DNA of 64,000 nucleotides from Saprospiraceae bacterium (GTDB taxonomy: Bacteria > Bacteroidota > Bacteroidia > Chitinophagales > Saprospiraceae). A program made the translations under genes and the position numbers. Of this stretch, positions 1-9,040 are shown in pieces. Under the pieces are notes generated by a model that was not told the origin of the DNA, searched no databases, and saw only the letters and a program-made list of their open reading frames with translations. Positions within the stretch are counted from its first letter, which is position 1; each line of letters opens with the position of its first letter. Where the stretch lies: positions 23,759 to 87,758 of the forward strand of contig JADJWV010000003.1 in the NCBI GenBank assembly GCA_016716185.1, given 5' to 3'.

Positions 1-366
1 AGAATGGAGAATAGATGATGGAGAATGGAGAATATTGCGAAACTTCTTGCTGACTACAGCCTACAGACTCCTGACTAAAGAAGAATGCATAATGATGTAT
101 AGAGCAAAGAGGTAAGATTATAGGGCAAAATAAATGGATAAAAAGTGAATACAAGCGTTAGAAAGCTCAAGAGCGAGCATTTACGCTATTTTAAAGGCTC
201 TCTATAATAAATGTTTTGTAAGCTACATAGATCTTTAAATTTTCATTTGATTCAATTTATTCGGAAACAAAACCCCTAAGGGGTGGCAATATATTAACAG
301 GCTAAATATTAAATAAACATGAGATAATTTAATTTTGGGGAACTAAAAATTAGTTGCCGAACTTTC

Positions 367-574
367 CAAAACGTCAAAACGTCAAAACGTCAAAACGTCA
401 AAACGTCAAAACGTCAAAACGTCAAAACGTCAAAACGTCAAAACGTCAAAACGTCAAAACGTCAAAACGTCAAAACGTCAAAACGTCAAAACGTCAAAAC
501 GTCAAAACGTCAAAACGTCAAAACGTCAAAACGTCAAAACGTCAAAACGTCAAAACGTCAAAACGTAAAACGTC
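367..574. repeat. Tandem 8-bp microsatellite, CAAAACGT x25 perfect copies plus one variant copy
   Basis: Direct reading shows period 8 from 367 to 566 with no substitutions, then AAAACGTC at 567-574. ORF 354..617 (KRQNVKTS reiterated) is only the translation of this array. It lies about 70 nt upstream of galK. Confidence 0.95.
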
Positions 575-644
575 TATTTTCCCAACAGGATCGAATTACG
601 TTCAGAAAAATTTTTAACTTGCCAATTCAATTATAATCTCATTC

Positions 645-1772
645 ATGAATGTAAACATCGCATTCAAAAATCAATTTAAGCAAGAGCCCCTTATGACCTA
701 CAAAGCTCCTGGACGCGTCAACATCATAGGGGAACACACCGATTACAATGCAGGATTTTGTCTACCTGCTGCCATAGATCAATCTGTATTTTTTGCGCTC
801 AGTGCTTCAAACGAAACCAGGATTCATTCTTTTAACCAAAATGACAGTTGGTATCCTGGACAAACCAAAAACCAACCAGACTGGGCCGTATATTTTAATG
901 GCGTATTGCAATTATTAAAAGAAAAAGGATATTCGTGGCCCTATTTTAATCTTGGCTTCGGTGGTGATCTTGTCATCGGCGCCGGATTGTCCTCATCTTC
1001 CGCTTTAACCTGTGGATTTATAAGCATCCTTGATGAATTTTCATCGTGGAATTTGTCTATTGAGCAGCTTACGAAATTTGCCGTTCAGGCAGAAAAAGCT
1101 TCAGGAGTTGATGGCGGAATGATGGATCACATATCGATCATGCATGGCAAAAAGGACCATGCACTTTGCATCGACTGCATGGATTGGAGTTTTCAATACA
1201 TCCCCGTTGTCATGGATCATTACAAATGGCTCGTCGCTGATACAAAAGTTAAACATCATCTCATCCATACAGATTACAACAGTCGGTCAGCGGCTTGTAA
1301 AAAGCTGAATGAAATCATTCATTCCATTTATCCGGATAAATATTTTATTTCACAGCTATCCTTCTCCGAACTCCAACAATTGAAATCTCAAATCAGCCCA
1401 AGGCAATTTGAAATGGCTTTTTTTATTCTGGAAGAAAATATCCGGGTGCAAAACATGGCTATAGCCTTACAGGAACATAATACCAATCTGGCTTGTTCCA
1501 TTCTTTTCGATGGCCATGAAGGCTTGAGAAGTTTATATAAGGTTAGTTGTCAGGAACTCGATTTTATGGTTAATTTTTCAAAATACTCCGGTCTCCAAAC
1601 CGGAGCCAGAATGGTCGGTGGCGGATTTGGTGGTTGCACCTTACACCTGGTACCGTCACCAATGATCAATTCTTACAGTTCCGGATTAAGCAATGCTTTT
1701 AAAAATAAATTTGGGTACGAACCCCATTGTTTTGAAGCTCAATTCGGAGATGGAGTAAAGCGATTGGAATAA
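645..1772 (+). CDS. galK: Galactokinase
   Basis: Galactokinase signature GRVNIIGEHTDYN near the N-terminus. GHMP-kinase motif GAGLSSSSAL and C-terminal GGGFGGC. 375 aa, a typical length. Confidence 0.9.
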   Translation: MNVNIAFKNQFKQEPLMTYKAPGRVNIIGEHTDYNAGFCLPAAIDQSVFFALSASNETRIHSFNQNDSWYPGQTKNQPDWAVYFNGVLQLLKEKGYSWPYFNLGFGGDLVIGAGLSSSSALTCGFISILDEFSSWNLSIEQLTKFAVQAEKASGVDGGMMDHISIMHGKKDHALCIDCMDWSFQYIPVVMDHYKWLVADTKVKHHLIHTDYNSRSAACKKLNEIIHSIYPDKYFISQLSFSELQQLKSQISPRQFEMAFFILEENIRVQNMAIALQEHNTNLACSILFDGHEGLRSLYKVSCQELDFMVNFSKYSGLQTGARMVGGGFGGCTLHLVPSPMINSYSSGLSNAFKNKFGYEPHCFEAQFGDGVKRLE

Positions 1773-1784
1773 ATTTCTGATATA

Positions 1785-3092
1785 TTGATTTATGCAAAAA
1801 TATTAACTTTTATATTACTGATCATTCCTTTGATTACTGATGCAAATGGTTTTGTTGATCGCGATTCCGTAAAATTGCGCAAACATTTGCAAATGGTTTT
1901 TCCTGGAATTCAGATAGAACCATTGGCCACTCAGGTACCTTACAAGTTTGTTTGGAAACTAAATCTCATACAGGCGTTGGATCATAACGCTCCCGAAACA
2001 GGAAGTTTCATGCAACAGGTAATCCTATTCCACAGAGGATTTCATAAACCCAATGTCCTCGTCACCGAGGGGTACCAAATTGTAAATCGTATCTATGAAC
2101 CAACCATGATCCTCGACGCCAACCAGATCTCCGTTGAATACAGATTTTTTGGAGAATCAAAGCCTTCAGCCATCCCGTGGGAATTACTCAACCACAAACA
2201 AGCATTGCAGGATTTCCATAAAATACAATCAGGTCTTCAGTCTGTCTACAAAAAAAACTGGCTGGTCACTGGAATATCAAAAGGTGGAACAACAGCAACA
2301 CTATACAGCCTGAACTATCCGAATGCTGTCAAAGCTACTATAGCCTATGTAGCTCCATTTGTTTTAGAGCAGGAAGACAAAAGAACTATCGAGCATTACA
2401 ACCATGTCGTCGGAACTCCAGAATGCAGATTGAAAGTTAAAAAGTTTCAAAAACTGATTTTGAATTCCCGTGAGGAGTTGAAACCCATGTTAAAACAACT
2501 CGAAGTTTCAGAAAACGTCAAATTTGAAATGGATCTGGATAAGGTCATTGATTACACAGCTTTGGAATATCCCTTTTCATTCTGGCAATGGGGATTTGGA
2601 TGTAAGGAAATTCCTGGTGACCAATCCACAGTGGAAGATGTATTTGATCACGTTGAGCAAGTCGTAGATTTTAATTATTACGATAACAAATATTGTGCAT
2701 TGTATCTCCCGGCTTATTATCAGTTTATGACAGAATATGGATACTACGGCTTTGACACATCTGGCTTGAGCCATTTATTGAAACACCAATATTTCAGCAA
2801 TCTCGAATTTTGTCCAAATGATGTTTCAATCCATTACGATGGGAAATACATGAAAGAAATGTTGGACAAAGCAATACATTCCAGTAAGAACATCATCTAT
2901 ATTTATGGGGGACTGGATACTTGGACTTCTTGTGCTGTGCATCCTTCTCCGGCAACCAATGCTTTGAAACTGGTAAAATACAACGGTGGCCATCGCACCC
3001 GCTTACGTGATTTTTCAAAATCTGAAAAAAACCAGGTTTATAAACTAATAAAAAAATGGATGCGATCTCCCATTGAGCCACTTCCCTACTGA
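1785..3092 (+). CDS. Secreted alpha/beta-hydrolase serine peptidase (S28/S37-like)
   Basis: TTG start, hydrophobic N-terminal signal-like segment, and nucleophile elbow GISKGGT (GxSxG type). It has the size and layout of secreted S28/S37 peptidases. The family call is from memory, not from a search. Confidence 0.55.
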   Translation: MIYAKILTFILLIIPLITDANGFVDRDSVKLRKHLQMVFPGIQIEPLATQVPYKFVWKLNLIQALDHNAPETGSFMQQVILFHRGFHKPNVLVTEGYQIVNRIYEPTMILDANQISVEYRFFGESKPSAIPWELLNHKQALQDFHKIQSGLQSVYKKNWLVTGISKGGTTATLYSLNYPNAVKATIAYVAPFVLEQEDKRTIEHYNHVVGTPECRLKVKKFQKLILNSREELKPMLKQLEVSENVKFEMDLDKVIDYTALEYPFSFWQWGFGCKEIPGDQSTVEDVFDHVEQVVDFNYYDNKYCALYLPAYYQFMTEYGYYGFDTSGLSHLLKHQYFSNLEFCPNDVSIHYDGKYMKEMLDKAIHSSKNIIYIYGGLDTWTSCAVHPSPATNALKLVKYNGGHRTRLRDFSKSEKNQVYKLIKKWMRSPIEPLPY

Positions 3093-3187
3093 TCCTAAAG
3101 ACCTCTTTGGATCCAAGCTTTGATACACTATTTAAAAAAATTGCAATTACATTTGTGCAATTATTTACGGTCAATACAACAGAAAAT

Positions 3188-4414
3188 ATGGAATTAATCA
3201 ACGGCGAATACAGCATTCAGAAGTTAAAAGTCCTCGACCTGGTCGAAAAATATCACACACCCTTTTACTTATATGACACTGAAGTCATCAAAAGACAGAT
3301 CGACCGATTAAAAAATGCTTTTGATATTCCAGATCTGGGTATCCACTTTGCATGCAAAGCACTAAATAACATCAACATACTGAAATTGATGAATCAATGG
3401 GGTGTCGGACTGGATACGGTTTCCGTTCAGGAAATCTGGACAGGGATGAAAGCGGGATTTAAAGCTGAAGAAATCATTTATACGCCCAATTGTGTGGGTC
3501 CTGACGAAGTCGAAATGGCAATCAAACTCGGAGTGCAAATCAATATCGATCATATTGAAACGCTGGAATATATAGGGCACCATTATCCGGATACAAAAAT
3601 TGGGATCCGGATCAACCCTCACGTTATGGCCGGAGGCAACGAAAAAATTTCAGTAGGTCATATCGATAGCAAATTCGGCATTTCCATATATCAGCTTCCA
3701 CTGGTGCTCCGGTTAGTAGATGCTCTTCAACTCAAAGTGAATGGCTTGCATATGCATACCGGCTCAGATATTCTCGACGCAGGAGTTTTCAGTCTGGCAT
3801 CTGAAATCCTCTACGATGCTGCGAGAAAATTCAAAGATCTCGAATTTATCGATTTCGGAAGCGGAATAAAAGTTCCTTATAAACCCGATGACGTTTATAC
3901 CGATATCGAAGAATTGGGACAGGTCCTCTCAAAATCATTCAATGCATTTTGCAAAGAATATGGAAAACCATTAAAACTCTATTTTGAACCAGGCAAGTAT
4001 CTGGTATCCGATTGCGGTTACTTTTTTGTCAAAACCAATGTGATCAAACAAACGCCCTCCACAGTTTTTGCTGGCGTCGATTCCGGATTAAATCACCTGA
4101 TCAGACCCATGTTTTACGATTCCTATCACCACATCTTTAATGTAAGCCACCCAAATGGAAAACCAAGAGTTTACAACATTGTTGGTTACATCTGCGAAAC
4201 TGACACCTTCGCCAGCAATCGGGTCGTGGCAGAAATTCATCCTGGTGATATTTTGTGTTTCAAAAATGCAGGGGCTTATTGTTTTACGATGTCATCCAAT
4301 TACAACTCGCGCTTCCGCCCGGCAGAAGTAATGATCCACGAAGGAAAGGATTATCTGATCCGCGAACGGGAAGTACTGGATGATTTGCTGCGACATCAGG
4401 TGGAAGTGGTTTAA
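3188..4414 (+). CDS. lysA: Diaminopimelate decarboxylase
   Basis: PLP-lysine region HFACKALNN plus YFEPGKYLV, GYICETDTF and SSNYNSR. The ORF is open from 3107, but the ATG at 3188 (MELINGEY) gives the usual ~408 aa. Confidence 0.88.
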   Translation: MELINGEYSIQKLKVLDLVEKYHTPFYLYDTEVIKRQIDRLKNAFDIPDLGIHFACKALNNINILKLMNQWGVGLDTVSVQEIWTGMKAGFKAEEIIYTPNCVGPDEVEMAIKLGVQINIDHIETLEYIGHHYPDTKIGIRINPHVMAGGNEKISVGHIDSKFGISIYQLPLVLRLVDALQLKVNGLHMHTGSDILDAGVFSLASEILYDAARKFKDLEFIDFGSGIKVPYKPDDVYTDIEELGQVLSKSFNAFCKEYGKPLKLYFEPGKYLVSDCGYFFVKTNVIKQTPSTVFAGVDSGLNHLIRPMFYDSYHHIFNVSHPNGKPRVYNIVGYICETDTFASNRVVAEIHPGDILCFKNAGAYCFTMSSNYNSRFRPAEVMIHEGKDYLIREREVLDDLLRHQVEVV

Positions 4415-4442
4415 AAGATGAAACCGAAAGCACGTATAAAAT

Positions 4443-4458
4443 ACTAACAATTGTTAGT
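4443..4458. repeat. Perfect palindrome ACTAACAATTGTTAGT (copy 1 of a recurring ACTAAC-N4-GTTAGT motif)
   Basis: Read directly, 29 nt after the lysA stop. Near-identical copies occur at 13721-13736, 21406-21421 and 25960-25973. Confidence 0.85.
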
Positions 4459-4588
4459 TAAATTAACTGTTAGGCTTTTAGGATCATCCAGCGTAAGAAC
4501 TAAAAGTTCTTACAAATAAGAAACAATTTTTAAAAATTTCGTTCTGAATTCTTTACCCCACTCTCTGAAATTGGTGCTATTGAGATTT

Positions 4589-5051
4589 CACCCCTACAGG
4601 GCTGGATTTTGATCTCTATTCTCCATTCTCTATTAATATGTCACCCCTACGGGGCTGGATTTAGATTAATCTAATATGCCTAAATGCTTTATGCATTCTC
4701 TATTTATATGTCACCCCTACGGGGCTGGAATTTGGTTATATTAATGATCCTGTAATCTTTATATAATCGCAATTTTCTTCCCGACATAAAGGTGATGTAT
4801 TTCTATTTCAGCAATTTCATGTCGGGACACCATTCTCTATTCATATGTCACCCCTACGGGGCTGGAATTTGGTTAAATTAATGATCCTGTTATCTTTATT
4901 TAATCGCAATTTTATACCCTCACTCCGCGCTTTCTGCTTATCGCTTTGCGCTTTAAGCTTCTTATCCATTCCCTATTGACATGTCACCCCTACGGGGCTG
5001 GAATTTTAATATTTGCATTCTCTATTAATATGCCACCCCTACGGGGCTGGA
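4589..5051. repeat. Cluster of six copies of a ~40-nt unit (CATTCTCTATTnATATGTCACCCCTACGGGGCTGGAWTT) with irregular spacing
   Basis: The core CACCCCTAC(G/A)GGGCTGGA occurs at 4589, 4642, 4712, 4849, 4985 and 5034. Two copies sit inside longer ~85-nt duplicated units (about 4697-4778 and 4831-4915). A related copy lies at 21489-21507. Confidence 0.9.
4780..4826 (+). repeat. Hairpin element, copy A (CCCGACAT ... ATGTCGGG)
   Basis: 8-bp terminal inverted repeat. The loop shares ATTTCTATT and AGCAATTTCAT with the copy at 40827-40882. Confidence 0.7.
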
Positions 5052-5157
5052 TTTAGATTCTCTTTACTCTAGAAACTTTGCTCTTTTATCTTTGCTCTTT
5101 AATCTTTTCCCTTTAAGCTTTTGGCTTTGCACTATCAACTAATCTATCATCCATCAT

Positions 5158-5195
5158 CTAAAAAAGATATCCCGGTATGCAAGCTCCATACCGGG
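5158..5195 (-). terminator. Putative intrinsic terminator of CDS 5278..7497
   Basis: 9-bp stem CCCGGTATG / CATACCGGG (5171-5179 / 5187-5195). On the minus strand it is followed by ATATCTTTTTT. Confidence 0.5.
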
Positions 5196-5277
5196 AGTAC
5201 CTCGTCACAATTTTCAGCATCAACTCAGGCGTTCCCGGTTGAAAAAATTAAGGTTTTGCGTTGACGTTTGTAAATAC

Positions 5278-7497
5278 TTAATATTTTGACGGTACGATCA
5301 TCAATTTTTCAAATGCGATGATACCTCTGTTGTTTTCAAATTTTACAAAATAAATTCCTGCTTCGAGCATACCATTCAGGTCAAGCGATAGTGGCTGCCC
5401 TTCCCATGGAAGCCTGAAACACATGTTGCCGCAAGCATCGAGGATACTTACTATACCTTGTTGTTTCAGGCCCTTGAATTCAATTTGAAACAAACCGTTG
5501 TTGGGATTTGGGTAAATGTTCATCATGTGTTTCTCAGGACCGGCAGGTGGTTGGGTGCTTACCACAATAAAATCTTTTGATAATGTGTGCAAAGTAGTAT
5601 TCGTAATAATTGCCGCATTCATATCGAATACGATTTCTGCAGTATTATTTATGCGTGCTTTTAAAGGTGCAGAAGACAGAGGCTGCAGAGCATAGGTGAT
5701 GTAACCCTGCGATCCGGTTTCATTCGCTGAACGATGTGGTAACTGAATACCATCAAATCTTACCGTAAGTACATTCCCAACCAAACTATATCGGTATGGA
5801 TGTGAAGAACCGGTCATTTTAAAAGTTTCCAGATCCAACCAGCTATCCAGTGTATCGAAGATCGCAACCTGAAAAGCCGTATCATTCCCTGTATTCTGAA
5901 AGCGAATCCGGTATTCGATCTGCCGATTGGGTTCAATAAAATTTTCCTGACCATATCCTCTGGGCCAGGCGGTTTTATCGTTAGGATCAAATGAACCCCG
6001 CGATTCCTGACAATCTATTGCTATATGAAGGTCTTCTTCATCTTCAGGAAATTGCAACACATAACCCCTGCTGAAATCTCCCTGTTGGTTTTTTCCACAG
6101 CCTTCAATCGCAACTGTCGGATTGGATTGTCCAGGATGAAATGCAACCTGATCAACCATGAGGCGATAAGTTTTCCCGTTAGCAGGATATTCAAGATCGA
6201 GAAAAGCCCCTTTATTGAGCAAGACATTTTTCTTGAGTCCGGGCATGATATCATCCTCCACAATCCAATATTGAGAAGGTTCTGTCATGTTTTGTTCGCC
6301 GGAATTCAGGATCCTGAATTTAACTTTACCTTCAGAACAAATGCCATTGACTTCAACATGAGCACCCGACCAGTTGGGCGATGAAAGACAATTTACCTTT
6401 GGTAATATTTCTGCCTTCAGACAGTGCGTTTGCCCAACCAATGTTCGATTGCAATCCAACTCAACCGTGATTAGAAAAACGCCTTCCTCAAAAACATCGA
6501 GATTTCCTATGGCAAATTCTACAACAGGCCATTGAATTAACGAAGGTTGTATACTGGCTCCTTTATAAATCATAAACGAATCCAGGGTGATCCGGATCAG
6601 GGAATTAGGCTCTGCGATGGTGCCGGTATTCTTATAGTGTATTTGATAATTGTAATTGACACATCTTCTGACAATCGGAGAACTGACCTCAACTTCAAGC
6701 AAGGGACAAACAGAAACCGGCTGAAGTCCGAATTGAAGACTGATCAGTTTGGTGGTGCTGTCGATATAGAGTCTCTGGCTTCTGTTACAGGCATTCCACA
6801 AAGACGATTTTGAAGAAATGCTAAAATAATGAAAGCCAAACTCAGCTGAAGAAAAACTCAACAACTGTGGGTTCTTCAGAATTCTGGTTCTTCCATTAAA
6901 ACTATCGATAATGGTATAATCAGATAACAATTGTTCCTGGTTGTCGTAGCTACAATTTGAATTTGCATCCCTGTACACACTCAAATACGTAGGAATAAAT
7001 TGTACGGACTGACAACTCTTATAACCGTTTACCGGAATACTGTTTGCATTGGTATTGAGAAATTCTATGATTACCGGGGCGTTGGCAATTTCATAACAAT
7101 GGCTTTGAAGCGGATCCGACAACCATTTGATGCGAAAAAGGGTTTCGCCATCCGGTAGAGTCATTCCCTGAGCTGCAAAATCCCAGGACACGGTCAGGGC
7201 ATTAAATCCCTGATGAAAGGAATAGTTACCGCTGTTGAAATTCGGCAAACGGACCTGGTCGATTCCTGCCAGCTGGCCCAGACGGTTCTCGTCTCTGAAA
7301 CTTAATTGAAATGCCAGAATATTTTTAAATCCGGTGGCCCTTAGCTCAATGAAATTCGTATCGCCTACCCAGCCTTTATCAACCGGAAAAATAACAACCT
7401 GATCCTGCCCGGATAGTGGCCTGCAAAAGCCACTTAAGGCGAGAATAAGTACGGCTAATAGTCTATTTCTGATAAATCCAAACATGGGCTTTGCCAT
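5278..7497 (-). CDS. Secreted cell-surface protein with T9SS type-A C-terminal sorting domain
   Basis: N-terminal signal peptide. Internal DUF11-like segment (IEYRIRFQNTGNDTAFQVAIFDTLD). C-terminal IYPNPNNGLFQIEF ... GIYFVKF, typical of the Por/T9SS CTD. Confidence 0.75.
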   Translation of the reverse strand: MAKPMFGFIRNRLLAVLILALSGFCRPLSGQDQVVIFPVDKGWVGDTNFIELRATGFKNILAFQLSFRDENRLGQLAGIDQVRLPNFNSGNYSFHQGFNALTVSWDFAAQGMTLPDGETLFRIKWLSDPLQSHCYEIANAPVIIEFLNTNANSIPVNGYKSCQSVQFIPTYLSVYRDANSNCSYDNQEQLLSDYTIIDSFNGRTRILKNPQLLSFSSAEFGFHYFSISSKSSLWNACNRSQRLYIDSTTKLISLQFGLQPVSVCPLLEVEVSSPIVRRCVNYNYQIHYKNTGTIAEPNSLIRITLDSFMIYKGASIQPSLIQWPVVEFAIGNLDVFEEGVFLITVELDCNRTLVGQTHCLKAEILPKVNCLSSPNWSGAHVEVNGICSEGKVKFRILNSGEQNMTEPSQYWIVEDDIMPGLKKNVLLNKGAFLDLEYPANGKTYRLMVDQVAFHPGQSNPTVAIEGCGKNQQGDFSRGYVLQFPEDEEDLHIAIDCQESRGSFDPNDKTAWPRGYGQENFIEPNRQIEYRIRFQNTGNDTAFQVAIFDTLDSWLDLETFKMTGSSHPYRYSLVGNVLTVRFDGIQLPHRSANETGSQGYITYALQPLSSAPLKARINNTAEIVFDMNAAIITNTTLHTLSKDFIVVSTQPPAGPEKHMMNIYPNPNNGLFQIEFKGLKQQGIVSILDACGNMCFRLPWEGQPLSLDLNGMLEAGIYFVKFENNRGIIAFEKLMIVPSKY

Positions 7498-7632
7498 TAT
7501 TTCTAAACAAATGTAGGATATGCGATCGGTCCTGTAAAATAAAAAAAAATTGGTTTGTAGAATATTCTTTATATTTGAATTAGTTTAATTAATTAATATT
7601 CAGTTGTTTATAAAATTTATTTGTAGCCCAAA

Positions 7633-9039
7633 ATGAAAAGTCCCTTTGTTCTGGAGTTATATAACACCTTAAATGCCAAACAGCGCCAGCGATTCATTGA
7701 ATTCCTGAAATCACCCTATTTCAATACAAACAAGAAATTAATTGAAGGTTTGCTTGCCCTGCAATCCCTGATTCTTAAAAAAACTGATTTGATTAAGCCG
7801 GAATTATTCCATGCGCTCTATCCGGGAGAAAACTATGCCGATATAAAATTGCGTTTGTTTTTTTCAGAACTGCTCAACCAATTAAAGACTTTCATTTTTA
7901 TCGAATCCAAACACAAATCAGAAATAGAAAAAAATCTACTCCTCCTCAAACATCTTCGCAAAAATCAAAAGATCAGGGAATTTGAAAGAGAAGCTTCAAA
8001 ATTACAAGAGACCATCGATTCAGGTGATCATTGGGACCCGCAACGCTACGAATGGAAGCATCAGCTGGATATGGAAATTCTATCCTACGAATCATTCAGA
8101 AACAGATTCACGCATTTCGATTTTGGGCTCTGCGCCGAACATCTGGAAGTATCTGCCTTGATTCAACGACTCCGAATTTATCTCGAACAACTTTCGCATG
8201 AATCCATTGGCCGTAAATCTTCCGAATATCCTATGGTGGATGTCTGGATGCAACAAGCTGTCGTTCAAAACTGGGCGAAATATCCCGAGTTAAAATTATA
8301 CCTGCTGGCGATCCAACTGTTCCGGAATCCCGAACAGGAAACCTACTTCGATGAATATCTTGATTTGCTTAAACAACATGAAAAATATTTCGACTTCGAA
8401 TACGGTCGTGAATTATACCTCACTGCTTTGAATTATGGCATCCGTAAAATCAATCAAAACAACACCAAATATTTTCGGATCACACTGAACTTATTTCAAC
8501 ATTGCATTGAAAATACCTGGATTCTGGACTACGGAGTGATGAGTTCCCTGACTTATAAAAACATTATCGTATTGTGTATCAGGATGAATGATCTGGAATT
8601 AGCCGAACAGGTCCTTGAAAAATACAAAGCCCTTGTAAATGTCAAAGACCGAAATATGATCTATCAGTTCTGCAAGGCGAAAATTCAGAAAGAAAGAGGC
8701 CAATATCAACAGGCATTATATCTGTTAAATACCAGCATTTTCAAAGATCCGCTTATCGAACTCAATGCCCGGGTGGAAATGATTAAAATTTATTATGAAT
8801 TGAAGGAATCGGAACTGATGGGTAATCAAATTATTGCTACTAAAAATCTGATCCGCAGATCTAAAAAATTGGGTTATCACCGGGACTATTACATTAATTT
8901 TCTGGCATCGGCAGGCAAACTCAACCACACTTTGAAACTACCTGCCAAAGAAAAAGACAAATGGCTTTCTGAAATTTTGAACGACAAAAAATTAATTGAA
9001 AAAACCTGGCTTCACAGCATGGTATCTAAACTAAACTGA
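7633..9039 (+). CDS. Hypothetical helical-repeat (TPR-like) protein
   Basis: Long intact ORF with ATG start and no signal peptide. Composition is helical-repeat-like. No family recognised. Confidence 0.6.
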   Translation: MKSPFVLELYNTLNAKQRQRFIEFLKSPYFNTNKKLIEGLLALQSLILKKTDLIKPELFHALYPGENYADIKLRLFFSELLNQLKTFIFIESKHKSEIEKNLLLLKHLRKNQKIREFEREASKLQETIDSGDHWDPQRYEWKHQLDMEILSYESFRNRFTHFDFGLCAEHLEVSALIQRLRIYLEQLSHESIGRKSSEYPMVDVWMQQAVVQNWAKYPELKLYLLAIQLFRNPEQETYFDEYLDLLKQHEKYFDFEYGRELYLTALNYGIRKINQNNTKYFRITLNLFQHCIENTWILDYGVMSSLTYKNIIVLCIRMNDLELAEQVLEKYKALVNVKDRNMIYQFCKAKIQKERGQYQQALYLLNTSIFKDPLIELNARVEMIKIYYELKESELMGNQIIATKNLIRRSKKLGYHRDYYINFLASAGKLNHTLKLPAKEKDKWLSEILNDKKLIEKTWLHSMVSKLN

Positions 9040-9040
9040 A

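Noticed and set aside
354-617. 87-aa ORF encoding reiterated KRQNVKTS
   Set aside because: It is the translation of a perfect 8-bp tandem repeat (8 x 3 = 24 nt gives an 8-aa period). It has no independent coding signal.
4589-5051. Possible CRISPR array, because of six copies of a ~40-nt repeat with a small hairpin
   Set aside because: The spacing is irregular (49-137 nt). Two of the apparent spacers are themselves duplicates of each other. The repeats are degenerate, and no cas genes or leader are present in the window.
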